Assembly: GCA_030834695.1 (NCBI GenBank)
Contig: JAUQXK010000013.1
Location: 25,980 to 89,979 of the forward strand
Origin: Desulfobacterales bacterium
GTDB lineage: Bacteria > Desulfobacterota > Desulfobacteria > Desulfobacterales > SpSt-501
Reading direction: 5' to 3'
DNA: 64,000 bases
Below the pieces are notes generated by a model. The model was not told where the DNA came from, searched no databases, and saw only the letters and a list, made by a program, of their open reading frames with translations. This document shows, piece by piece, positions 1 through 9,624 of the stretch. Position 1 is the stretch's first letter. Every line of letters starts with the position of its first letter. The position numbers and the translations under genes are program-made.

Positions 1-605
1 ATCTTGGCCTCCTCCTGACCCACCTTCAGAAACATGCCGTCCAGTGCTTTGCCGGTCACGTAGCCATCCAGGTCGAAAGCGTCCATTTTGCCGAACGGCA
101 TCAGCGAGGTGTATCGGTCTGTCAGCGCCTTGTAGGAGCGGGTCGCGCCTGCCTGGTTCATGCTGTCGGAAACCACGGGTTTAAAGGCGTCCGTCAGCTG
201 GGAGGACGTCTTGGCCTTGAAATAGTCTGTGGCCGCCGTATTGCCACCCTTCAGGATCTTCTGGGCATCCTCAAAGCTCATCTTTTTTACGGCGTCTTCG
301 AAAATAGGCTTGGCCTTCGGCGCCGCCTGCTCGGCCGCGCGGTTCATGCTCAGGATACAGTCGTCCACCTCTTTCTGGTAGCCCGCTTTTTTCAGCACCT
401 CGGCCACCTTCTGCATTTTCTCGGGCAGCAGGATCTTCACGGCCGCATCCCCGAAATAGCCGTTGGACTTCGAAAGCATCTGGACGGCGTTGCCCGTCCC
501 GACGGCAAGCGCCTCTTTGAGCCCGGCGGCGATGTCCTGCGAAAACGCCGGTGAGGCCATCAGACCAAGAAACGCCGCAACCAATAAGAAAGCAGATTTT
601 TTCAT
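1..605 (-). CDS. DUF4197-family exported protein (3' end runs off the window)
   Basis: Manual minus-strand translation from the ATG at 605: [61 protein letters not shown]...MNRAAEQA...AATDYFK. Signal peptide and motifs typical of DUF4197. Absent from the ORF track because there is no stop in the window. Confidence 0.8.
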   Translation of the reverse strand, partial: MKKSAFLLVAAFLGLMASPAFSQDIAAGLKEALAVGTGNAVQMLSKSNGYFGDAAVKILLPEKMQKVAEVLKKAGYQKEVDDCILSMNRAAEQAAPKAKPIFEDAVKKMSFEDAQKILKGGNTAATDYFKAKTSSQLTDAFKPVVSDSMNQAGATRSYKALTDRYTSLMPFGKMDAFDLDGYVTGKALDGMFLKVGQEEAK

Positions 606-719
606 GGGGATCCTCTCTTTGGAGTGTGGGTCCATATCCAAATCGAAAAAAACGTAAGCACGGAACAATCAATGGGCAAGAAAACCGGCGCCTTTTTGAA
701 ACCGTTCAGCGGGCCATCC

Positions 720-863
720 GTGTCCATCCATAGACGGCATCTATCGGCTCATGCCGGCGTTCTCGTTCTTCGCAATCCTCGGCGTAGCCTTTACTACGCC
801 TGCGGTTGCGAAATCACTGCGGCCTTGGCCTGAACCGAAATTCACCATTTCTGGATGGGCACT
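720..863. repeat. Palindromic MITE/REP-like element
   Basis: Terminal inverted repeat GTGTCCATCCA...TGGATGGGCAC with an internal hairpin TCGCAA-GGCGTAG...CTACGCC-TTGCGA. It abuts the stop codon of the symporter. Confidence 0.6.
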
Positions 864-1770
864 ATTTTGCGCTCCAACTGCGCCAGGCGCGCACGGGAAT
901 CACCAGTGCGTAGAAGGGCAGGGTGTAGAGCGCTGCCACGGTGGGCTCGAGTGGGGAAAAGAACTGGGCGCTGAAGACGATGACCAAGATATAATTCATG
1001 ATCCACAGGTTGATGACGGCGGCCAGCCGATCTTCCAGCCGCCAGCGCCAGGCGACCAGCCATCCGGCTGCAATGCAGCTGGCGCCCACCAGGAAGGCTG
1101 CCGAGAGAGAGGTCACGAGAAGTGCGACATTCCGGCTGAAGAAGTCGGCATATTTTGAAAAAATGCCGAGGTTCGTCATGGCAAACAGAATCAACGACAG
1201 GGCGAACTGTTTGTGCCGAATGCCCTCCACCACCCGGGGAGCCGCCCTTTTCAGGATCTCCGCGGCGGCGAGCGGGATGAAGACCACCATGACCAGAAGC
1301 CGCATCATCTGGAGCAGGGGGATCTCCATGGATTGGCCGAAGAGAACGGCCACGAGCGGCGGCAAGGTGAAAGGGACCAGCAGCGAGGACGCCACCACGA
1401 TCACCAGGACCAGGGCCGTGTTGGCCTGGAGCAGGTTGGCAAAAAAAGGGGCGACGGCTCCGGTGGATATCCCAGTCAGCAGCAGGGCCGACAGGCTGTA
1501 AGCCGGCCAGACCAGCCGGAACAGCAGGGCCACGGCCACCGGAAAAAGGATCATGCGGAACAGCAGAAACCACGCGATCCGCAAAGGAGATTGGCGTGCG
1601 GTTTCCCAGATCCGGGCGAGGCGGATCGAGAGAAAGCTCAGGAACAGCAGGAGCATCATAAACACCACGGGATAGGGCTGAAACGGCGCGCAGGCCTGCG
1701 GCGCCAGCACGCCGGCAAGCAGCGAGACGAAGCTGACGGCCAGCAGAAGAAAATCCCTCGGGCTGAACAT
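862..1770 (-). CDS. Bile acid:sodium symporter (BASS/Acr3-like) family membrane protein
   Basis: 302 aa, about 9-10 hydrophobic segments, two-repeat architecture with TGISTGAVAPFFANLL motif. Confidence 0.7.
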   Translation of the reverse strand: MFSPRDFLLLAVSFVSLLAGVLAPQACAPFQPYPVVFMMLLLFLSFLSIRLARIWETARQSPLRIAWFLLFRMILFPVAVALLFRLVWPAYSLSALLLTGISTGAVAPFFANLLQANTALVLVIVVASSLLVPFTLPPLVAVLFGQSMEIPLLQMMRLLVMVVFIPLAAAEILKRAAPRVVEGIRHKQFALSLILFAMTNLGIFSKYADFFSRNVALLVTSLSAAFLVGASCIAAGWLVAWRWRLEDRLAAVINLWIMNYILVIVFSAQFFSPLEPTVAALYTLPFYALVIPVRAWRSWSAK

Positions 1771-2054
1771 GGACGCAACCGCTTCTTTTAATCGAGACCG
1801 TTTCTGTCAAAAATTGTCATATCGCTTTTCCTCTTCGATGCACGTTCAGGCTGGTTGGAAAATTACAGCATTCATGGTTCGTATGGCAATTTAAGAAATT
1901 TTATGCAAAAAAGCTACTATGTCTGAAACACTGGCGATTATCCGCAGAGCTCTCGGCTCGCCAAAGAGATACAAATAGTCGCCACGTTCGTTCTCAGCGA
2001 CCTGGGAGTCGTGAACAATTCCGCTTGCATGTTTTTCGAAAGCCGAGGCGGCAG

Positions 2055-2999
2055 GTGACAAAACCTGAGATCATCTCGATGGGCGAACCCATGCTCGAGT
2101 TCAACGCCGAGGCGGAGGGCGCCCTTTCGGAAGTGGAGCGTTTCGTGGTCGGCTGGGGCGGAGACACGTCCAATTTCTGCATCGCCGCCAGCCGCGCCGG
2201 AGCTCGGGTGGGCTACCTGACGCGCTTGGGCGAGGACGAGTTCGGGGAGAGCTTTCTAAAACTTTGGCAGCGGGAGGGCATCGACACCAGCCGTGTCGTG
2301 AGGGATCCCGATGCTTTCACGGGCGCCTATTTTATCTCGCGTAAGGGCGGGCAGCATTATTTCACCTATTTCCGGCGCGGTTCCGCGGCCAGCCGCATGA
2401 CGCCGGGCTTTCTCCCAAAGGACTACATCGCGAGCGCCAAGTTGCTGCACGTCTCGGGCATCAGCCAGGCCATCAGCCCGAGCGCCTGCGACACGGTCTT
2501 TGCCGCGATGGCGCTGGCCCGGGCGGCCGGCCGGCTGGTTTCCTACGACCCCAACTTCCGGCCCAAGCTCTGGCCGCTGGACCGGGCACGGGCCGTCATC
2601 CACGAAACCTGCCGGCAAGCCGATCTGATCTTCCCCAGTCTGGACGATGCGCGCCAGTTGACCGGACAGGCTGCAGTGGAGGACATCGCGAAGTTCTACC
2701 TTGGGCTGGGGCCGAAAGTGGTGGCCGTCAAGCTGGGGGCCGACGGCGCGCTGCTCGCTACGGCCGACGGCTTGACCAGGCTCCCGGCGTACAAGGTCGA
2801 CACCATCGACATGTCCGGCGCAGGGGATACCTTCGACGGTGCGTTTGCGGCGGCCTATCTGGCAGGCCGGCCGGTGGTGGAGTGCATGCGGTTTGCGAAT
2901 GCCGCGGCGGCCATCACCACCACGGGCCTGGGCTGCGTCACTCCCGTGCCGCGGCGGGAGGCGATCGAGGTGCTTATGGCACAGTCGGCAGCGCGGTGA
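2055..2999 (+). CDS. kdgK: 2-keto-3-deoxygluconate kinase (PfkB family)
   Basis: GGDTSN, YFRRGSAAS, SYDPNFRPKLW and DMSGAGDTFDG PfkB signatures; adjacent to eda; probable GTG start at 2055. Confidence 0.85.
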   Translation: MTKPEIISMGEPMLEFNAEAEGALSEVERFVVGWGGDTSNFCIAASRAGARVGYLTRLGEDEFGESFLKLWQREGIDTSRVVRDPDAFTGAYFISRKGGQHYFTYFRRGSAASRMTPGFLPKDYIASAKLLHVSGISQAISPSACDTVFAAMALARAAGRLVSYDPNFRPKLWPLDRARAVIHETCRQADLIFPSLDDARQLTGQAAVEDIAKFYLGLGPKVVAVKLGADGALLATADGLTRLPAYKVDTIDMSGAGDTFDGAFAAAYLAGRPVVECMRFANAAAAITTTGLGCVTPVPRREAIEVLMAQSAAR

Positions 3000-3112
3000 A
3001 AAATCTTTAAGCCCGCAGTTGCTTGAAAACCGTGCGAACGCTCTCCGGCCATGTTCCCCAATGCTGGGTCTATCCCTGGTGCTGGCCGCCGCGGAGAAGC
3101 GAGGAATAAGCC

Positions 3113-3772
3113 ATGGAGAAACAGAAGGTAATAGCGACCTTGACCCGAATCGGCGTGGTGCCGGTCGTCCGTGCGGAATCCGCCGACAACGTCGTGCGAG
3201 CTGTGGAAGCGCTGGCGGAGGGCGGCATTCCCGTGGCGGAAATCACCATGACCATACCGGGGGCCATTCAGGCCATCCAGCGCTGTTCCGTCCATTTCGG
3301 CGACCGGATCACGCTGGGGGCCGGCAGCGTGACCAGCGCCGGGATTTGCGCGAGCGCCATCGACGCCGGCAGCGTTTTCGTCGTCTCGCCCGTTTTCAAG
3401 GCCGAGGTGATCGAGGCCTGCAACCGCCGCGATGTCTGCGTCGTCGCGGGTGCCCTGACTCCCACCGAAATATTCTCGGCCTGGGAAGCCGGCGCCGATG
3501 TGGTCAAGGTCTTCCCGGCCAAGGCCATGGGCGGCGCGGCCTATCTGCGCATGGTGCACGAGCCCCTTCCCCAAATTCCCCTGACTCCCACCGGCGGCGT
3601 CAGCCTCGAGACCCTCGCGGATTATTTCAAGGCGGGGGTTCTCTTCGTCGGCGCGGGCGGGGACTTGGTCAGCAAGAAGGCCATCCACTCCGGTGACATG
3701 CAGGCCATCACCGAGAGGGCCCGCCGGTATGTGGCCGCGATTCGCGCCGCCCGAAGCCAAACCGTTGCCTGA
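3113..3772 (+). CDS. eda: KDPG/KHG aldolase
   Basis: VPVVR, EITMT, GAGSV, GALTPTEI, VKVFPA and PTGGV motifs. Confidence 0.92.
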   Translation: MEKQKVIATLTRIGVVPVVRAESADNVVRAVEALAEGGIPVAEITMTIPGAIQAIQRCSVHFGDRITLGAGSVTSAGICASAIDAGSVFVVSPVFKAEVIEACNRRDVCVVAGALTPTEIFSAWEAGADVVKVFPAKAMGGAAYLRMVHEPLPQIPLTPTGGVSLETLADYFKAGVLFVGAGGDLVSKKAIHSGDMQAITERARRYVAAIRAARSQTVA

Positions 3773-3898
3773 AACCCGGCGAGGGCGTGGTCGAGCCGAT
3801 TGAAATGCCCGCCGGCCATTTCAGCGATTGAAGAGACAGTGATCAGCGAAATCAAGTTCCGAGTTGACCGTAATCCACAACCCAAAGGAGGATGAACT

Positions 3899-4885
3899 AT
3901 GCCAAAGCGAATTTACGTTTTCATGATTGTGCTGTTGTGCGGCCTTTGCATCATGGGGCCGACGGTGGTATCCGCCCAAAAAATCACCGCCAACGTGGCC
4001 TCCACCTTTCCGCCCGACTCGCCTCAGGACAAGGGCCTGAACAAGTTCAAGCAGCTCGTAGCCGAACGGTCCGGCGGCCGGATCGAAATCCTCATCCACG
4101 CCTCGAACGCCATGGGCGACGAACGCTCGACGTTTGAAATGCTGTCGGCCGGTTCCGTCGAATACGGTGCGGTGGGGACCAACGACATCTCCACCTTCTT
4201 TCCGAAGTACTTCATCTGCGAAGTGCCATACGTGTTCAGCAGTCAGGACGATTTCTGGAAGTTCTGGAACGGCCCCGGCAAGGAGCTGTCCGCCATCATC
4301 GAGAAACAGCGCGCGGTGCGCACCGACGGCATTATCTTCCGCGGCGCGCGCTACCTCACCGCCAACCGGCCGGTCAACTCCGTAGCCGAGGTGAAGGGCC
4401 TCAAAATGCGGCTGCCCTCGGTAAAATCCTGGTTCAAGGTGTGGGAGAGCTTCGGTGCCCTGCCTTCCACCATAGCTTTCGGCGAAGTCTACATGGCCCT
4501 AAAGACCGGGGTGGTGGATGGCCAGGAGAACCCGCCCGAAACCATCCTGAATTACAAATTCTACGAAGCCCAGAAATACCTGATCGCCACCGAACACGTT
4601 TACTCGGCCGCCCGCATTCTATCCTCGGCCAAATGGTGGAACACCCTGAAGAAGGAAGACCAGGACCTGCTCTCCAAGGCCATGGCGGAAGGCGTGGCGT
4701 TCGCCAACAGCATTACCAAGGACGGCGATGCGCAGTTCGTCAAGAAACTCCAAGAAAACGGGATGACCCTGATCACGGTCGACAAGGCCGGCTTCAAGAA
4801 ATTGGCCCAGCCGATCATCGATAAGATGGCGAAGGAGGAACTGGACCCCGCCTTCTACGAAAAGACCACCGCCGCCCTTAAATAG
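3899..4885 (+). CDS. dctP: TRAP transporter substrate-binding protein (system 1)
   Basis: Signal peptide, GLKMRLP (carboxylate-binding Arg), EVYMALKTGVVDGQENP. Confidence 0.92.
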   Translation: MPKRIYVFMIVLLCGLCIMGPTVVSAQKITANVASTFPPDSPQDKGLNKFKQLVAERSGGRIEILIHASNAMGDERSTFEMLSAGSVEYGAVGTNDISTFFPKYFICEVPYVFSSQDDFWKFWNGPGKELSAIIEKQRAVRTDGIIFRGARYLTANRPVNSVAEVKGLKMRLPSVKSWFKVWESFGALPSTIAFGEVYMALKTGVVDGQENPPETILNYKFYEAQKYLIATEHVYSAARILSSAKWWNTLKKEDQDLLSKAMAEGVAFANSITKDGDAQFVKKLQENGMTLITVDKAGFKKLAQPIIDKMAKEELDPAFYEKTTAALK

Positions 4886-4963
4886 TCTCACACCCGCTAT
4901 GCGGCACAGGCGCCCCGAACCCTCCTGCAGGGCGCGGGGCGCCTGCCTCCTGAGGACGTCGCG

Positions 4964-5443
4964 ATGAAAAGAACCCTTGAAGCCATCAATGCCGTTGTTC
5001 TGGTGTTCATGTTCGTGATCGTCCTGCTCAGCGTGATCTTCCGGGTCGTGGTGGCGGTTTCGGCTTCCTGGACCGAAGAACTCGCCCAGTACCTGCTCAT
5101 TTTCCTTGGGTTTATCGGAGCGGCGGCCCTCATGCGGGACGAGGGGCATATCACCATCACGGTGGTGGTAGACCGCATGGGCCGGGGCACCCGTCAGGTC
5201 CTGAGGGTCGTCAACAAACTGCTCATGCTGCCCTTTTTCATCATTTTCACGGTGGGGGCGTTCGAGAACATGCAGATGAACTGGGACGTGGGACTGCCCA
5301 CCGTGGAATGGATGAAAATCGGTTACATGTACCTGGTTCTTTTTCTTTGCGGGCTCATCATGATCTTCTACCTTCTGATGAATCTCTACGGCGATATCCT
5401 CCGGCGCAAAGCCGCCGTTTCTGAGCGGGGAGGTGCCCCATGA
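4964..5443 (+). CDS. dctQ: TRAP small permease (system 1)
   Basis: 4 TM segments, WTEELAQY...GHITI motif. Confidence 0.9.
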   Translation: MKRTLEAINAVVLVFMFVIVLLSVIFRVVVAVSASWTEELAQYLLIFLGFIGAAALMRDEGHITITVVVDRMGRGTRQVLRVVNKLLMLPFFIIFTVGAFENMQMNWDVGLPTVEWMKIGYMYLVLFLCGLIMIFYLLMNLYGDILRRKAAVSERGGAP

Positions 5444-6717
5444 TTCTCATGCTGACCCTCGGCCTGGTTGTTTTTTTAATAATGGGGATACCCGTTGCCC
5501 TATCCCTGGGCCTTTCGGCGTTGGGAGCGACCCTGCTCGGCGGCGGGATATTTCAACCCACCATCTTGGCGCAGAAGATGCAATTTTCGCTGCAAAACTA
5601 CGTGCTCCTGGCCATCCCATTGTTCATTCTGGCCGCCAAGCTCATGAACACCGCGGGCATCTCCATCCGGATCTTCCGTTTTGCCGACACCCTGGTCGGG
5701 TTTCTGCCCGGCGGCCTCGGTCACGCCAACATCCTGGGAAGCCTGATCTTTTCGGGGATGTCCGGCGCGGCGGTCGTGGACGCGGCCGGGTTGGGGCAGA
5801 TCGAGCACGAGGCGATGACCAAGAGCGGCTATCCGTCCAAGTTCGCCGTGGCCTGCACCGCCTCCTCTTCGATCATCGGCCCGATTTTCCCTCCCAGCAT
5901 TCCCATGGTGGTGTTTTCCTTTGTCTCGGGGGTTTCGGTGGGCAGGCTCTTCCTGGGCGGCGTCGTCCCCGGCCTACTTATGACCGCCGCGCTTATGGTC
6001 TGGGTGGCGATTCAAGCCAAAAAGCACAACTACCCGCGCCAGCCGTTCCCCACGGCGGCCGTCGCTAAAAAGGCCTTTGCCGAAGCGGTCGTTCCGCTCA
6101 TTGCACCGGTCATCCTGCTCGGCGGGATCTGGTCGGGGATCTTCACGCCGACGGAAGCTGCCGCCGTGGCCTCCTTGTATGCGCTGATCGTCGGCGTATT
6201 CGTGCTGCGCGAGCTCAGTTTCAGGGACCTGGTGGCGGCCTTCACCGCTACCGCGCGGGAAACCGCGATGATCGGCCTTCTCGTGGCGGCTTCGGCCTTT
6301 TACGGTTGGGTGCTCATGCGCACGGGCCTGACCCTGAAGCTGGCCGAGTGGCTCGTGAGCATCAGCCGGGACCCCTGGGTCATCCTGATCCTGATCAACC
6401 TCTTCCTGCTCGTCGTCGGGTGCTTCCTGGACTCCACCGTGGCCATCCTCATCCTCGGCCCGGTGTTCATGCCGGTTCTTTCGGCCGTCGGCATCGACCC
6501 GGTGCACTTCGGGGTGGTCATGGTGCTGAACCTCATGATCGGGCTCATGACTCCGCCGTTCGGGATGATTCTGTTCGTGATGCAACAGGTTTCGGGGCTT
6601 CGTTTCGAAGACGTCGTGAAGGCGTGCATGCCGACGCTGGTTCCTCTGGTAGTCGTGCTCGTGCTGATGACCTTCATTCCGGCCCTGGTCACCTGGCTGC
6701 CCAATGTCCTCCTTTAA
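5440..6717 (+). CDS. dctM: TRAP large permease (system 1)
   Basis: LAIPLFILA, FSGMSGAAVVDAAGLG, IFPPSIP, GIFTPTEAAA, TPPFG. Confidence 0.93.
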   Translation: MILMLTLGLVVFLIMGIPVALSLGLSALGATLLGGGIFQPTILAQKMQFSLQNYVLLAIPLFILAAKLMNTAGISIRIFRFADTLVGFLPGGLGHANILGSLIFSGMSGAAVVDAAGLGQIEHEAMTKSGYPSKFAVACTASSSIIGPIFPPSIPMVVFSFVSGVSVGRLFLGGVVPGLLMTAALMVWVAIQAKKHNYPRQPFPTAAVAKKAFAEAVVPLIAPVILLGGIWSGIFTPTEAAAVASLYALIVGVFVLRELSFRDLVAAFTATARETAMIGLLVAASAFYGWVLMRTGLTLKLAEWLVSISRDPWVILILINLFLLVVGCFLDSTVAILILGPVFMPVLSAVGIDPVHFGVVMVLNLMIGLMTPPFGMILFVMQQVSGLRFEDVVKACMPTLVPLVVVLVLMTFIPALVTWLPNVLL

Positions 6718-6732
6718 AAGGAGCACCAAGAT

Positions 6733-7794
6733 ATGACGACCCGCATATTATCGAACGAGGAAAAGAAAGACCGCATCGCGAAAAACTGGCAGTTGCAGGA
6801 TGTCGACGAAGTGCCCTTCCTGATCGAGATCGGCGGCATCCACATGGCGACCACGAAGTTTTTCTCCGACCACGCGGCGGAGATCGCCTGGAACGTGGAT
6901 TTCCACAAGCAGCGCGAGGGCGTCTACGACTACGGCATGCCCAACATCAAGCCCAACCAGGGCATCAACATCGTCGCCTCGGCCTTCGGCTGCGAATACA
7001 CGGTGAACGACGAGGCCGACCCCTGGATCAAGCCCCTGATCCGGGACGACAATGTCCAGGACGTGCACGCCCTGAAGGTGCCCGACCCGAAAACGAACCC
7101 CGTGTTCAAGCAGGCCTGGGAACGGATCGATTATCTCCAGTCCCACTCCGACCTGCCGCTGCGGCTGGTGAACGTGCCCTCGCCCCTGGTGACGGCCTCC
7201 CTGATCTGGGAATACACCTCCTTCGTCACCGCCACCATGCTCCACCCCAGGGAAGTGCACGTGCTGCTGGAGAAAGTGACGGAGGCGACGATCGGTTATC
7301 TGCAGGAGCAGCTGGCGCGCATCCGCAACCTTCACGGCATGAGTCACGAAATGTGGCACATCCCGCGCGAGGTCGGCGTGCGGATCAGCGACGACACGGC
7401 TTCCATCCTGTCGCCGAAGCTCTACCGTGAGTTCGGCGTGAAGTATAACAGCATGATTTCGCGGGCCATCGGCGGCCTGGTCGTGCACTCCTGCGGGCAA
7501 GTCAAGAACGTCGTGGAGCCCATGATGGAGATCGAAGGCCTGCGGGGTCTGGACTTCACCATCCCCCAGACGGACTGGGAGGCGGTCCGGAAAGCCGCTG
7601 CGGGGAAAACCGTGCTCTGCCTGCGCCACTACGACTGGGACCACGGACCCGGTGCCCAGGTGGACCTGGCCGCCTATTCGCAAAAGCTGCTTGACTGCTT
7701 CGGGCGCAAGGGGCTTTTCATCCAGACGTCCACGCCGACGGCCGAGGAGGCCCGGGCGCTGGGCGACCAACTCCATCGGATCCTGTCGAGGTGA
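6733..7794 (+). CDS. Uroporphyrinogen decarboxylase/MtaA-CmuA (URO-D superfamily) protein of unknown function
   Basis: SPLVTASLIW...F...MLHP..VHVLLEKVTE, ISDD, LSPKLYREFG and VVHSCG motifs typical of the URO-D/cobalamin methyltransferase MT2 fold. Confidence 0.72.
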   Translation: MTTRILSNEEKKDRIAKNWQLQDVDEVPFLIEIGGIHMATTKFFSDHAAEIAWNVDFHKQREGVYDYGMPNIKPNQGINIVASAFGCEYTVNDEADPWIKPLIRDDNVQDVHALKVPDPKTNPVFKQAWERIDYLQSHSDLPLRLVNVPSPLVTASLIWEYTSFVTATMLHPREVHVLLEKVTEATIGYLQEQLARIRNLHGMSHEMWHIPREVGVRISDDTASILSPKLYREFGVKYNSMISRAIGGLVVHSCGQVKNVVEPMMEIEGLRGLDFTIPQTDWEAVRKAAAGKTVLCLRHYDWDHGPGAQVDLAAYSQKLLDCFGRKGLFIQTSTPTAEEARALGDQLHRILSR

Positions 7795-8540
7795 CCGCAA
7801 TGCAAAAAGGTAAAACAGCCCTGGTGACCGGGGCGCTGGGGGTCCTGGGAAAAGCGATTGTGAACACGCTGCTTGAAGACGGCTTTCGGGCCGTGCTCGT
7901 GGACCTGGACCAAGAGAAACTAGACGATTATTCCCGCAGCCTGCCGCAGGGAGAATCACTCCCGGTGGCCTGTGACATCAGCGAGCCCGCGGCGGTAGAT
8001 TCCGCCGTAAACCGGGTCCGCGAGACCTGGGGCTGCGTCGATGTCCTGGTGAACAACGCCGGCATCCTCTCCAACAACAAGGCCGTGCAGACGGCCCCCG
8101 ACGAATGGAAGCGGGTGCTGGCGGTAAACCTCGACGGTGCTTTCTACCTGGCCCGCGCCTTAATGGAAGACATGAAACGCAAGCGCTGGGGCCGGATCGT
8201 GAACATCACTTCGCTGGCGGCCAAAACGGGCGGCATCACCGCCGGTACGGCCTATTCGGTTTCCAAGGGCGCCCTGATGTCACTCACGTTCAGCCTGGCC
8301 GCGGAGCTGGCGCCCTACGGGGTGACCGTCAACGGCATCGCTCCCGCCTACGTCAAGACCCCGATGATTACCGTCCAACTCACGGAGGAGCAGCGCAAGG
8401 CTGTCATAGAAAAAATCCCCGTGAAGCGCTTTTGCGAGCCCGATGAAGTTGCCCATGTGGTGCGGTTTCTCGTGCACCCATTGGCCGGATTTATTACGGG
8501 GGAAATCATCGATCAAAACGGCGGCCTGCACTTCGACTAA
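7791..8540 (+). CDS. Short-chain dehydrogenase/reductase (FabG-like)
   Basis: TGALGVLG, VNNAG, YSVSK catalytic motif; overlaps the stop of the URO-D gene (GTGA). Confidence 0.88.
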   Translation: MTAMQKGKTALVTGALGVLGKAIVNTLLEDGFRAVLVDLDQEKLDDYSRSLPQGESLPVACDISEPAAVDSAVNRVRETWGCVDVLVNNAGILSNNKAVQTAPDEWKRVLAVNLDGAFYLARALMEDMKRKRWGRIVNITSLAAKTGGITAGTAYSVSKGALMSLTFSLAAELAPYGVTVNGIAPAYVKTPMITVQLTEEQRKAVIEKIPVKRFCEPDEVAHVVRFLVHPLAGFITGEIIDQNGGLHFD

Positions 8541-8560
8541 GATCAACCGCATGCCGGATC

Positions 8561-8686
8561 CAAACCATTCTCAGCCCGGGAGGCCGGTGCCGATATGCCA
8601 AGGTTTTCCCGGTTACGGCCATGGGCGGTGCGGCGTATTTGCGCGTGGTGCCCGAGCCGCTGTCCCAACTTCTCCGACTCCCGCCG
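8561..8686 (+). pseudogene. Degenerate fragment of a second eda-like aldolase gene
   Basis: ATTCTCAGCCCGGGAGGCCGGTGCCGATATG-CCAAGGTTTTCCCGGTTACGGCCATGGGCGGTGCGGCGTATTTGCGCGTGGTGCCCGAGCC aligns by eye to eda nt ~3470-3595 (ATTCTCGGCCTGGGAAGCCGGCGCCGATGTGGTCAAGGTCTTCCCGGCCAAGGCCATGGGCGGCGCGGCCTATCTGCGCATGGTGCACGAGCC) with indels. Confidence 0.8.
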
Positions 8687-8748
8687 AAATATCCCCAAAT
8701 AGCTTGTGAGCTTACCACATTCCACTTCGCCTCCGGCGTTTTTAGGGC

Positions 8749-8818
8749 TTGACTTTTGCCTTGGCCCAAGGCAAAAATAGTTCAAAATACAAAACTAAGT
8801 TCTGTATATGGAACTATT
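8749..8818 (+). promoter_or_regulatory. Promoter (-35 TTGACT) with a palindromic IclR-type operator
   Basis: TTGACT at 8749. Near-palindrome AATAGTTCAAAATACAAAACTAAGTTCTGTATATGGAACTATT (8776-8818) = two GTTC-N8-(G/A)AAC sites just upstream of the IclR gene. Also a perfect inverted repeat TTTTGCCTTGG-C-CCAAGGCAAAA (8754-8776). Confidence 0.6.
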
Positions 8819-8842
8819 GTCCGGCTTTAAGGGGCACTCCCG

Positions 8843-9610
8843 ATGAGTTCTTCCGAGCGAATCATCCGGTTGATCGAAACCGTGGTCTCCCATCAGCACA
8901 CCGGCGTCCGGTTCGCCGAGATCGTGGAAGAGACGGGAATCGCGAAGGCCACCGTTCATCGGCTTCTCGGCGAGCTGACCGGATTAGGGGTTCTGGCCTT
9001 CAGCCCCGACAGCAAGCGGTATCGGGCGACGCTCAAACTCGCTTCCTTAGGGGCGGGGGTCATCGCCAACTTCAACCTTCGCAGCCATGTGCACCCTCAG
9101 CTGATCAAGCTGCACCAGGAAACCAAGCATACCTGCAACATGGGCATCAAGCAGGGCGATGTCGGCATTTACACCGACAAGATCGAATCCCACGATTACG
9201 GCATCAAGCTTTTTTCGGAAGTCGGCAAGACCTTCCCCCTTTACTGCACGGCCCTGGGCAAAGTGCTGCTGGCCTACGGCCCGGCGGCCGAGAGAAAGCG
9301 GGTGCTCGCACTGCCCATGAAACCCTTTACGCCCAAGACCGTGACGGACGCCCGCCGGCTGGTGCAGCAGCTGGCGGGCGTCCGCGAACAGGGCTACGCC
9401 TTGGATTCCGAAGAAATCACCCGAGGCATCATCTGCATCGCCGCGCCGGTGTTCGGTCCGCACGAAGACATCATCTGCGCCATCAGCATCACGTTTCCGG
9501 CCTATCTGGCCGAAGAACGCGGTCTCGAAGCGGATATCGAGGCCATCAAACGACATGCGGCTGCCATTTCGGGCATAACGGCCGGTGCCGGGCAGGTCAA
9601 CGCCACTTGA
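8843..9610 (+). CDS. IclR-family transcriptional regulator (KdgR-like)
   Basis: N-terminal HTH (GIAKATVHRLL), PLYCTALGKVLLA, GYALDSEE...CIAAPVF. Confidence 0.92.
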   Translation: MSSSERIIRLIETVVSHQHTGVRFAEIVEETGIAKATVHRLLGELTGLGVLAFSPDSKRYRATLKLASLGAGVIANFNLRSHVHPQLIKLHQETKHTCNMGIKQGDVGIYTDKIESHDYGIKLFSEVGKTFPLYCTALGKVLLAYGPAAERKRVLALPMKPFTPKTVTDARRLVQQLAGVREQGYALDSEEITRGIICIAAPVFGPHEDIICAISITFPAYLAEERGLEADIEAIKRHAAAISGITAGAGQVNAT

Positions 9611-9624
9611 GAAAGGAACGTGAA

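Noticed and set aside
1804-1820. TGTCA direct repeat resembling an E. coli Pho box
   Set aside because: Spacing is 10 rather than 11 bp, only two units, and no phosphate-related gene is adjacent
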